Of a DNA stretch of 64,000 nt, positions 49,592 through 57,141 are shown piece by piece; the first letter of the stretch is position 1, and the number at the start of each line of letters is the position of its first letter. The translations under genes and the position numbers were made by a program. Source of the DNA: a virus. The notes under the pieces are model-generated. The model did not search any database. It was given only the letters and a program-made list of their open reading frames with translations, and had not been told where the DNA came from. The stretch is taken from the IMG/VR virus record IMGVR_UViG_3300027763_000026, one strand, 5' to 3'.

Positions 49592-50227
49592 TTAATGCTT
49601 TTTATAGTCGATTGCAAACTCATTTTTGTCCCAACACTTTCGACAATCGCCGCACTTGTTGCCTTGCTTAGAAGATGGGCAGTTAAAGTTTCCTAGCTTG
49701 CTCGCACCGCTAACGCACAAGCCAAGGCGTTGTGCAATTCCTACTGGTGCGGGGCCATCCATCATCAGAGCAGACAAACGGATGGTAAGATTGCTAGGCA
49801 CTTCACCGCCTTTTTCAATATAGGTTGAGACAAAGGCATACTCTCTTGTGGGCAACCAAAAAGAAATATGCGGAAGATTCTTTGCAATCTTCACAATCTT
49901 TTCAATATGCCACACGCCTTGCAAGTCTCCTGAATCGTGCCACCTGAAATGTGGATTCTTAACCTTGCCGATTAAATAAGTCATAGCATCTACCCACAAA
50001 TCATTGGTAAGAGAAGCGAAACGCTTTTCCATAGCTTTCTGAACATTGGGGAAAACATAACGCCCTTTAAGGGCGTAGCAAAAAGCACAAATGCTTCCTA
50101 CAACATTCCGCATTTTCTGCCCAATAAGACAACGCTTTGCGGGTGTTGAATAAGCAAATCCTGGCATCTTCGAAGGTTTTGAGAGTGTTCCGACAATCTC
50201 CTCGGCTTGTTTTTTGTTTTTGAACAT
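49592..50227 (-). CDS. Gp88-like Cys-rich phage protein (possible Fe-S / radical-SAM-like)
   Basis: LSKPSKMPG..C...C.FCYA.KG.Y..FRWHDSGD..FWLPTRE..C...KC..CR.CW; leaderless promoter TTGCAT-N16-TAAGCT-N5-ATG. Confidence 0.75.
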   Translation of the reverse strand: MFKNKKQAEEIVGTLSKPSKMPGFAYSTPAKRCLIGQKMRNVVGSICAFCYALKGRYVFPNVQKAMEKRFASLTNDLWVDAMTYLIGKVKNPHFRWHDSGDLQGVWHIEKIVKIAKNLPHISFWLPTREYAFVSTYIEKGGEVPSNLTIRLSALMMDGPAPVGIAQRLGLCVSGASKLGNFNCPSSKQGNKCGDCRKCWDKNEFAIDYKKH

Positions 50228-50355
50228 AAGAAAGCTTAACATAAATTAAGTTTGATGCAAGTTTTTTTACCATTTAAATCTCACTGATAGTCAACGACTT
50301 GCAACCGCAGGGAGGGTGCTTGCGTAAGTCTTTAATACTTAAGCACTTGCAACTC

Positions 50356-51186
50356 TTAATAATTCATATGCAATTCTTCACTGTCTTTTTTATCAAGGAA
50401 AGCGTCAAATCTTTTTTGTGCTTTGCTAGAAGCTGAGATAATAAAGTTCATGTCTTTCTTTAATACTCCCAGCCAGTTGGAGAGATAGCTGGCAGAATTG
50501 TTGAAACATTTTTCAGAATCAATTCCGCAGAAGTTAAGACAGAGGCTAGCAAAAATCTCTGCGGTCAATTCTTCTTTGCTATAATTCTGAGAACCAAAAC
50601 CATTTTTGATATCGTCGCTGGTGCTTTTATGCATAGCGTGACCAATCTCGTGAAATGCTGTGGAATAATACTCTTCAACGCTGTTGAAATTTTCTTTCAA
50701 AGGCAAATCAATCTTGTGATCTTGTGGATAGTAACAGGCACGACTGCCACCATACTTAATCTGAATCACGCACTTCTTAATCAACTTCTCTGCTTCTTCT
50801 ATTGGTGAAAATTCTAACTTAGGAGTCTCTGGTTGCTTCCATTTGATTCCCTCGACATCGCTCAACCCAAAAACTTTATAATATCTCATCATCGGGAAAG
50901 TTCTGGTCAATTCATTCTTAGCTTCTGTCTGCAGTAATTTATAGTAAACTACCATGTGAGATTTTGCACCAGCTTTGATCCTTCCGCCTAGTTCCTTGAT
51001 CTGATTAAATGTAAAAAAGAAATCGTCAGAGGAAACCATCCGAAGCAAAAATTGATTGATGCCTCTGTAATTCTTTTTTGAAACGCCGTTGCAAATTTCA
51101 AATACTTTCCAAGGCTTCTGCCAAGGGCATACTCCTTTGTTGAGGGCTTCGATGAACTTTTCTGTGATAATTTCGTTTACTTTCAT
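50356..51186 (-). CDS. ardC: ArdC-like antirestriction protein (ssDNA-binding N-terminus plus zincin-like domain)
   Basis: PWQKPW..YRGIN..FFTFNQ..GG.IK.G.K; YYST.FHEIGH; YSKEELTAE. Confidence 0.88.
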   Translation of the reverse strand: MKVNEIITEKFIEALNKGVCPWQKPWKVFEICNGVSKKNYRGINQFLLRMVSSDDFFFTFNQIKELGGRIKAGAKSHMVVYYKLLQTEAKNELTRTFPMMRYYKVFGLSDVEGIKWKQPETPKLEFSPIEEAEKLIKKCVIQIKYGGSRACYYPQDHKIDLPLKENFNSVEEYYSTAFHEIGHAMHKSTSDDIKNGFGSQNYSKEELTAEIFASLCLNFCGIDSEKCFNNSASYLSNWLGVLKKDMNFIISASSKAQKRFDAFLDKKDSEELHMNY

Positions 51187-51343
51187 AGCTTAAATATATC
51201 AGTTTTTTTCTTTTTGTCTACTAATAAATCTCACTGACCATCAAGGACTTAGAACTACAGGGAGGTTGCTTTTGCAACTTGTTGGTGTAGAATAACTTAC
51301 ATACTATAAAAACTTTTGTGTAATATACTTTGCAGTTTATTAT

Positions 51344-51541
51344 ATGAGTGATAATATTAAACAAGATATGGATCGCATATTGAGCCATTCATTATTATAT
51401 AAAAACTTCTTAAGCGAAAGAGAAGAAATCTTAAAACACAAATGGCTCGAAAGTGAAAAAGCTGGTAAAGATATTGGTTTTGAAAAAGCTTTATTAAGTT
51501 GGGTTTGTTACCACAGAGATAAGTGGCGTAATAAAAGATAA
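51344..51541 (+). CDS. DUF4032-like small protein
   Basis: EREEILKHKWLESEKAGKDIGFEKALLSW; plus-strand GTGTAA at 51318. Confidence 0.75.
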   Translation: MSDNIKQDMDRILSHSLLYKNFLSEREEILKHKWLESEKAGKDIGFEKALLSWVCYHRDKWRNKR

Positions 51542-51545
51542 ACTA

Positions 51546-51706
51546 TACTCGATGGTGTTGGACGCTACCCCCAACTCGTCTACGCCTTTCGGCTCAGACA
51601 GAAATCTTTGGATGATAGTCTCCTAAAGTTGTTTCTGTTGCGTGTCTCCAGTTTCTACCTAAGTTATTATTGCAAACTCACAGCTACCACGCCGATCCAT
51701 CAAGTA
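51546..51706 (-). ncRNA. Candidate structured ncRNA with tRNA-like closing
   Basis: 10-bp terminal helix, several internal hairpins including GCC-GAAA-GGC, own promoter TTGACT-N16-TACCAT at 51753-51726, no ATG at +1. Confidence 0.6.
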
Positions 51707-51755
51707 ATAGAAAAGAACTATCTGTATGGTATCATAACTAAACTATAAGTCAAAT

Positions 51756-51783
51756 AAAAAAGGCGAGGATTTTACTCCTCGCC
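51756..51783 (-). terminator. Intrinsic terminator
   Basis: GGCGAGGA/TCCTCGCC hairpin plus U6 on the minus strand. Confidence 0.8.
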
Positions 51784-51824
51784 CTTTCTATATGAAGGGG
51801 TGAATAAGCCCCATCTCTCTATTG

Positions 51825-52091
51825 TTAGACTGGCGAGAGACCACCAGCGATTCGATCATAGCGGAATTGCTTCACGCCAGAATCCATACGACCAGAAAAG
51901 CAGAAGCTAGTGAATAGCTTATTCCCTGCCTTGCTGATGGTATGAGAAGAAGGCTTGCTGATGATGTAGGTATAAACATCATCCTTGCCGTAAGGTTTGT
52001 ATTCGATTAAATACCTTTTCCCCAAGAGGAAAAGGACGAAGTGTTTCAGATATGAGGTTGCGTATATGATTGCGTTTTTGATTTTGTTCAT
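51825..52091 (-). CDS. Hypothetical early protein
   Basis: TTGTTA-N16-TATATT-N5-ATG at 52124-52097 places the start at 52091. Confidence 0.7.
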   Translation of the reverse strand: MNKIKNAIIYATSYLKHFVLFLLGKRYLIEYKPYGKDDVYTYIISKPSSHTISKAGNKLFTSFCFSGRMDSGVKQFRYDRIAGGLSPV

Positions 52092-52224
52092 ACTTAAATA
52101 TACCACAGCTTTGTTTTTTAACAAGAAATATCTTTAGTTAAATCTCGTTGACCATCAACGACTTACGATTCGAGGGAGGGCGCTTTTGCAACTCTTTGTG
52201 CGCCAGATACTTATAACAGTTTAA

Positions 52225-52386
52225 TTATTCTTCTGTCTCTTTCCAATTAGGATGAGATTTAGACCATTTAGCGAAAACAACTTCTAGATTATTTAGAAAC
52301 TTTTCTATTTCAGCAATAAGTTTTGGATCTTCATCTTTTAAGATTTGTCTTTCCAATATTTTACTTAATCTATTTTGGTGTTTCAT
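52225..52386 (-). CDS. Small hypothetical protein (not in ORF track)
   Basis: MKHQNRLSKILERQILKDEDP..., 53 aa. Confidence 0.5.
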   Translation of the reverse strand: MKHQNRLSKILERQILKDEDPKLIAEIEKFLNNLEVVFAKWSKSHPNWKETEE

Positions 52387-52616
52387 ATCTACTATATATT
52401 ACATCTATTTGCTATTAATATCAATTAAATTCTATTTGTATAATTATTAATTGTTTTTTTATTTAAGATGTGTAATAACTATTTTAATCAGCGATTCTAT
52501 TGCGCTCGAGCTAATCACAAACATTATTGTTAAAATTAAAAATTCTGGAAAATATTTAACAAAAAAGTTATTCACATAATGGCTTACATTTTATTTATTA
52601 TTTAGAGAAAATAATT

Positions 52617-52690
52617 CGCTCCTAGCAGGAATCGAACCTGCAACCTACAGTTTAGAAAACTGTTACTCTATCCAGTTGAGTTATAGGAAC
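52617..52690 (-). tRNA. trnR: tRNA-Arg(UCU)
   Basis: Cloverleaf; anticodon arm ACAGT-TTTCTAA-ACTGT; T-arm GCAGG-TTCGATT-CCTGC; no encoded CCA. Confidence 0.92.
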
Positions 52691-52701
52691 GACATTTTAC
52701 T

Positions 52702-52774
52702 TCGCCTAGGTCAGACTCGAACTGACACTTGAACGATTTTAAGTCGTTTTTCTCTGCCATTGGAATACTAGGCG
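52702..52774 (-). tRNA. trnL: tRNA-Leu(UAA) with short variable loop
   Basis: CGCCTAG/CTAGGCG acceptor, A73, AACGA-CTTAAAA-TCGTT, 5-nt variable loop. Confidence 0.88.
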
Positions 52775-52776
52775 AA

Positions 52777-53163
52777 TCAACTATCAGTATCTAGCTTTTC
52801 AGCAGAGATTGTTCCAAGAGAATAGAAGTCTTGAGATTGTGCTGTATGCATAAAAGATTCTACTGGAATGTTCGCAATCGCAGTTTTCATTCTGTGCATC
52901 GCAACCGCTTTCATCCCGCCCTTCTTTCCTCTAAACTTTTTACCAAGCTTATCAGTCATTCCATTAAGCATATACTTAAACATAACTCGCTCCAACTTTT
53001 CCATAGTAATCCAAAAATATCCAAAGCTAGCACTCATCCATTGAATACTTCCGTTTGTGCCACCCCAATTATATATGCGGTTGTGAAACTGCTCAATGTC
53101 CTCTACTTTACCTTTCATTCCAATAACCCAATGTGCTCCAAGATTTTGTTTAATTAATGTCAT
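52777..53163 (-). CDS. Hypothetical early protein, paralog of 46471..46890
   Basis: FHNRIYNWGGTNG..GTISAEK; TTGACA-N16-TAAACT-N6-ATG. Confidence 0.75.
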   Translation of the reverse strand: MTLIKQNLGAHWVIGMKGKVEDIEQFHNRIYNWGGTNGSIQWMSASFGYFWITMEKLERVMFKYMLNGMTDKLGKKFRGKKGGMKAVAMHRMKTAIANIPVESFMHTAQSQDFYSLGTISAEKLDTDS

Positions 53164-53289
53164 AGTTTTAGTTTATCCTATCTTTGTTTGTTGTCAATTC
53201 TTTTTGTTTGAAATACCAATCTACATCTTCTTGAGTTGTTTCGGTATACTTGCTATAAGAGTTAAGCATCCAATCCGCACAAGGAGAAG

Positions 53290-53361
53290 TGGGCAAGGCT
53301 GGACTCGAACCAGCACTAGGAGCATTATGAGTACTCTGTTTCACCTTTAAACTACTTGCCC
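53290..53361 (-). tRNA. tRNA with CAU anticodon, probably Ile2 (elongator Met not excluded)
   Basis: GAGTA-CTCATAA-TGCTC arm; G1:C72 paired and no GGG/CCC anticodon stem, so not an initiator. Confidence 0.88.
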
Positions 53362-53553
53362 CACTTTAGAAGGAAAGCTGGAAGGTTTCGGCACTTGGAA
53401 AAACTCTACTGCAAAAGCCTTGGAGATGTTCTCCAAATCTTTGAGTGAGCAAGTTTCCTTGGGCGTACACATACGGATTGCTGAGTTTAGGATAACGGCT
53501 CGGTCTTGACCGAACACATTCATCACATAGAATGGTGCTGTTTGTTTTGTCAT
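53347..53553 (-). CDS. Hypothetical early protein; 3' end overlaps the CAU tRNA
   Basis: TTGACA-N16-TATTCT-N6-ATG at 53587-53560. Confidence 0.6.
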   Translation of the reverse strand: MTKQTAPFYVMNVFGQDRAVILNSAIRMCTPKETCSLKDLENISKAFAVEFFQVPKPSSFPSKVGQVV

Positions 53554-53616
53554 AATGTAAGAATACCACAACTTGAGTTTTTGTCAATAAAAGAATCTCG
53601 TTGACTATCAGTAACT

Positions 53617-53707
53617 TACTAGAGGTAGGATTCGAACCTACATTACGCTCAAATCTAGAGCTTCACGAATATAAATCGTGGGTCTTAACCAGTTAGACGA
53701 CTCTAGT
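53617..53707 (-). tRNA. tRNA with UAU anticodon (Ile) and long variable arm
   Basis: ACTAGAG/CTCTAGT acceptor, CACGA-TTTATAT-TCGTG, 22-nt variable region with GCTC/GAGC stem, GTAGG-TTCGAAT-CCTAC. Confidence 0.85.
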
Positions 53708-53728
53708 ATGTAGTGTCAGCCTCCGAAG

Positions 53729-53887
53729 TTACTCGCCAATTTTCTTAATCACTACTTTTGTTCCGTCTGGCCAACGCTTGATGATTTCTCTCCAATGGTT
53801 TGCCTCGACTTCTGCTTCTGCTTGGCTGTTGTGCATATCGTAACTAACCCGAATACCATCTCTCAAAACAATATACTTAACATTCAT
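53729..53887 (-). CDS. Small hypothetical protein (not in ORF track)
   Basis: MNVKYIVLRDGIRVS...WPDGTKV, 52 aa, overlaps the upstream gene end. Confidence 0.6.
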   Translation of the reverse strand: MNVKYIVLRDGIRVSYDMHNSQAEAEVEANHWREIIKRWPDGTKVVIKKIGE

Positions 53888-54113
53888 TTTCTACCTCCAT
53901 TACTACTGAGTTGTCAAATAATGAGCCACCATCTACTGCGTCACAGATAACAATATCATTACTGCCATCGTCACCAGCATAGACGGCTCGGAGTTTCTTT
54001 ACTTGACTATGTTTAATGTTTGTCCATTTACTTTCTGGAATGCCAAGGACTTGCAGAGCCTCGACTCTCTCTGGTGAAAGTGCTTCACCGCTTACTGAAC
54101 ATTTGTATGTCAT
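53877..54113 (-). CDS. Hypothetical protein, weak DksA/TraR-like C..GE.L..ER.EAL motif
   Basis: TTGACA-N16-TAGTAT-N6-ATG. Confidence 0.65.
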   Translation of the reverse strand: MTYKCSVSGEALSPERVEALQVLGIPESKWTNIKHSQVKKLRAVYAGDDGSNDIVICDAVDGGSLFDNSVVMEVENEC

Positions 54114-54117
54114 AACT

Positions 54118-54504
54118 TTATACTACTACTAATTCTGTTTTTGTCAAATCAATTTTACGAGGTCGGCCACGACCACGCTTCTCGCCATTAGCCAAAGTCG
54201 ATGTCGCAACATAAGCTGATAGTTTTTCTTTTAATTGGACGAATCGCTTGTCTGCATCTTCACGATTAGTACAAGTGAATGCCCAATCGCCCCATTGACT
54301 ATCGGATGGATACATTTCAGCAGGAGGCATCTTGACACCTGCAATCTCGTAACCATTGTGGCGTTTGATAGCGATAACTTCGTAGTTAAAAGCCTCGCTG
54401 TCTACTTCATCAAGTTGCTTTTTATAGATTGCAACATCGCCATCACGCCCAACCATCGTGAACTTAAAGCCTCTGCTAGTAAATGTTTCTTCAAGAATTT
54501 TCAA
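54118..54504 (-). CDS. Hypothetical protein with C-terminal AT-hook (KRGRGRPRK)
   Basis: TTG start; AT-hook visible in the translation. Confidence 0.7.
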   Translation of the reverse strand: MKILEETFTSRGFKFTMVGRDGDVAIYKKQLDEVDSEAFNYEVIAIKRHNGYEIAGVKMPPAEMYPSDSQWGDWAFTCTNREDADKRFVQLKEKLSAYVATSTLANGEKRGRGRPRKIDLTKTELVVV

Positions 54505-54649
54505 TTTTTACTCCTTCTGGAAGCCAACCCTTGATGTCGAGTCCGTCTCCGATATAACCAACTTGCATTTCACTTTTAGTTTTGGGGTCTACTGCATAAA
54601 TAGCGTAGCCACCTTCAGCGAGTTTTTTGATTTTAGTTATGTTGTCCAT
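54491..54649 (-). CDS. Small hypothetical protein (not in ORF track)
   Basis: MDNITKIKKLAEGGYAIY..., 52 aa; TTGAAT-N16-TATAAT-N6-ATG. Confidence 0.65.
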   Translation of the reverse strand: MDNITKIKKLAEGGYAIYAVDPKTKSEMQVGYIGDGLDIKGWLPEGVKIENS

Positions 54650-54674
54650 CTAAAGATTATACTATACTTTCTTT

Positions 54675-55016
54675 TTAATTCAAGACAAATATATCACGAT
54701 TAATAACTCCAACCCATTTTGCTTTATATACTGGCTCAAGGTTATCAGCATAAACAAAGCTATTATACTTATAAGGATTGTAGGTAACTTTTCTTTCTAC
54801 TTGATCTACTGGCCAACCATCATCTGGCGTACCACAAACAAAAGCATGGACATTCTTTCTTTGTTCTTTTAAAACCCTGGAACGACCTGCTTGACTCACC
54901 CTAAACTCAACATCTTTAAGAAAGAATTCTGTGCTATGCTGTAATACTTTTCCTTTAAGCATAATAGAAAGACACTTCTTATGTAAATTATAATAAACCT
55001 TATGTTTTGCTTTCAT
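54675..55016 (-). CDS. Conserved hypothetical phage protein (Y.NLHK..S..KNVHAFV.G family)
   Basis: Recognisable motif; TTGACA-N16-TATAGT-N6-ATG. Confidence 0.75.
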   Translation of the reverse strand: MKAKHKVYYNLHKKCLSIMLKGKVLQHSTEFFLKDVEFRVSQAGRSRVLKEQRKNVHAFVCGTPDDGWPVDQVERKVTYNPYKYNSFVYADNLEPVYKAKWVGVINRDIFVLN

Positions 55017-55148
55017 CTCATAACTATAACATAAATAATATAAATGTCAAGCCATGTAAACCTTTGATAGATAAGGAGTTGCAAAAGCGGATTGCCCCCG
55101 CGCGTAACTCCTTGATAATCAGAGACTTATGCATGATGCAATTTGAGC

Positions 55149-55177
55149 AAAAAGAAGCGGAGGGTTTTGCCCTCCGC
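55149..55177 (-). terminator. Intrinsic terminator after the DUF932 gene
   Basis: GCGGAGGG/CCCTCCGC hairpin plus U-tract. Confidence 0.8.
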
Positions 55178-55200
55178 CTCTGTTAAAGTTTCGTTTTAGT

Positions 55201-56058
55201 TTAGGCGACTAACTTCAAAAGCTCTTCGTCGCGGGTTTTTCCGCTGAAGACTTTGAGCAAGTCAGTGCTGACCCTCTCGCTATACTCATACCGCTCATCC
55301 GCAACGTTACGAGTCAGGAACTGCGTAGTAGCGTTGTAGAGGTTGTACAAGTTGCGATCATGATCCGCCTCGTAAGAGGGATTGCGCCAAACTGCTTCGA
55401 TGCCTTCGCGCACCTTAGCAGAGATCACGCTCTTCTCTTCCAACTTGGTGAGTAAGGTCAAACCCTGCTCATCAGTGATTGCTCTCTGCGCCAACCTGTT
55501 GAAGATTGCCACAGAGTTGTCAACGCTGGAGATTGCATTCGCCAACGCATCACCAATGAAATCCAGATTAACGGCGAGGGTGTGCCTCTTCGTCATGCTG
55601 AACTCCTTGGTCAACGACTTCATTCCGTTCAAACAAACCAAACGGAGGAAACCAAGCGAGAGGGAGACACGACTGGAGCGATCATAACTGTTGTTCACAG
55701 TTAATCTCAAACCAAGCACATCACCAACTGCACGCTTGCCAACTGGCTTCAACTGAGTTTTAAACTCAGGGAAGTCATAGCTAGCATAGAAACGGGATCC
55801 ATCACGAACCACAAACTTTTTGGAGCTGTGATTAGCGAGCATACTGTTCTGCGCTAGCGACTCTTCGACCATCGTCACGAGGTCTGCATTCTTCACCACA
55901 CCATACTGCTCGGTGCAAACTCCGAGCGTCATGGGTTCGGGGGTATCACGGCGTACCATCCCGAAGTATCCTGTCCTCTTGCCGTCTGTTGTGAGGAGTG
56001 GCTCTTGGTGTACATCGAAATCGTATACACTTTGAGCGGGTTTTGTTGTTCTAGCCAT
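55201..56058 (-). CDS. DUF932/DUF945-family protein
   Basis: Y.VV.N.DL..NSYDRSS..LG.LRLVC.NGM..RHT..N.YNLYNA.TQF; TTGTCA-N16-TATGAT-N6-ATG. Confidence 0.82.
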   Translation of the reverse strand: MARTTKPAQSVYDFDVHQEPLLTTDGKRTGYFGMVRRDTPEPMTLGVCTEQYGVVKNADLVTMVEESLAQNSMLANHSSKKFVVRDGSRFYASYDFPEFKTQLKPVGKRAVGDVLGLRLTVNNSYDRSSRVSLSLGFLRLVCLNGMKSLTKEFSMTKRHTLAVNLDFIGDALANAISSVDNSVAIFNRLAQRAITDEQGLTLLTKLEEKSVISAKVREGIEAVWRNPSYEADHDRNLYNLYNATTQFLTRNVADERYEYSERVSTDLLKVFSGKTRDEELLKLVA

Positions 56059-56241
56059 ATGTTAATCATACCACACTTTTAAAGTATGACAAGAACTTTT
56101 TTCATGTCATAAGATTCTGATAATCATGGAGTTGCCAATCCTGTGAAAGTTTTTTTAGGATTGTTGTAACTGCTTATTCATTAAGGACTTGCAGCGCGGC
56201 GCGGGGCCCCAACGTAAATATATAATAAACAACAACTTATG

Positions 56242-56694
56242 TCAAACCAAATTTAATTTATAATTACCTTTTCTATACTCTCTTACTTTTCTTTTAGCAT
56301 ATAAAGAGGCATCTACTTCACATAATTTAGCTCGTGTACCCATGTTATATTTTCTTATCTTTTTTATACCATGAAAGAACTTATTCTTTTTATATTGATA
56401 TAAGTGTCTTAATTCATGAGCAATTAATTCAATTAAACCTTCTTCCCAGCTATATGTTTCAACATTAAGATAGCCTCTTCTGCCTCCAGTATTATATGGT
56501 CTAAGATACTTGCCATATCTAGGCACACCAATATGCACTCTCATGCTACCCCAAGCCCTGCCATGCCAATTTAATTTAGTATTACCAAAATCTATTTTAC
56601 GGATGTCTTTAAGGAATACGCCTTCTGGCATACACCATTTAATAATTTCTTTTAACTTTTCAGAACAATAAGAGGTGCTATTGATTAACTTCAT
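56242..56694 (-). CDS. SprT-like/zincin motif protein (AHELRH)
   Basis: HExxH motif with downstream E.DA; TTGACA-N16-TATTAT-N6-ATG. Confidence 0.65.
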   Translation of the reverse strand: MKLINSTSYCSEKLKEIIKWCMPEGVFLKDIRKIDFGNTKLNWHGRAWGSMRVHIGVPRYGKYLRPYNTGGRRGYLNVETYSWEEGLIELIAHELRHLYQYKKNKFFHGIKKIRKYNMGTRAKLCEVDASLYAKRKVREYRKGNYKLNLV

Positions 56695-56985
56695 CTACCC
56701 ATAATATAGTAAATTAAAATTATGTCAATCATCATTTATCATATCACTTAATAATATCAAAGGAAATAATAAAAAAAATAAAACTATATTAACTAGACTC
56801 TTTAGTATCTTCACTATCTCTTATTACACTATTATCTATTTCATATTTAGCTAATAGTAATTCATCAAATGATATTACTGGTTTCTCTGTTAGTATTTCA
56901 ATGCAAAATAAGTTATTCATTGTAGCTAAAGTATATATAAATAGCAAAAGCAATACTTAATATAATAGCAAAAATTAAAGGTGCA

Positions 56986-57141
56986 TTACTCATTAATCCA
57001 TCTTAATAGATGATCTAGTTCATGAATTGCACTTTCTAATTCATCTACTGCACTTTGATTATTATTATGCTCAACCATGAGGACTTTATATTCATCAATC
57101 CTGTCACTGATTTCTTTTGCAATTTCCTCACTCGACTTCAT
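56986..57141 (-). CDS. Small hypothetical protein
   Basis: MKSSEEIAKEISDRID..., start moved; overlaps the upstream gene end. Confidence 0.55.
   Translation of the reverse strand: MKSSEEIAKEISDRIDEYKVLMVEHNNNQSAVDELESAIHELDHLLRWINE

Larger units (their letters stand above)
46179..56240. repeat. Dispersed 27-bp pseudo-palindrome GTAAGTCnTTGAnnnTCAAnGACTTAC, 20 copies at 11 loci
   Basis: Copies start at 46179, 47269, 47317, 48107, 48597, 48645, 49294, 49342, 50276, 50324, 51226, 51274, 52140, 52188, 53593, 55056, 55104, 56109, 56166, 56214. Confidence 0.9.

Noticed and set aside
46179-56240. Palindromes as a CRISPR array
   Set aside because: They occur as dispersed singles, pairs or one triple, with 21-nt related linkers rather than unique 30-40-nt spacers, and there are no cas genes.
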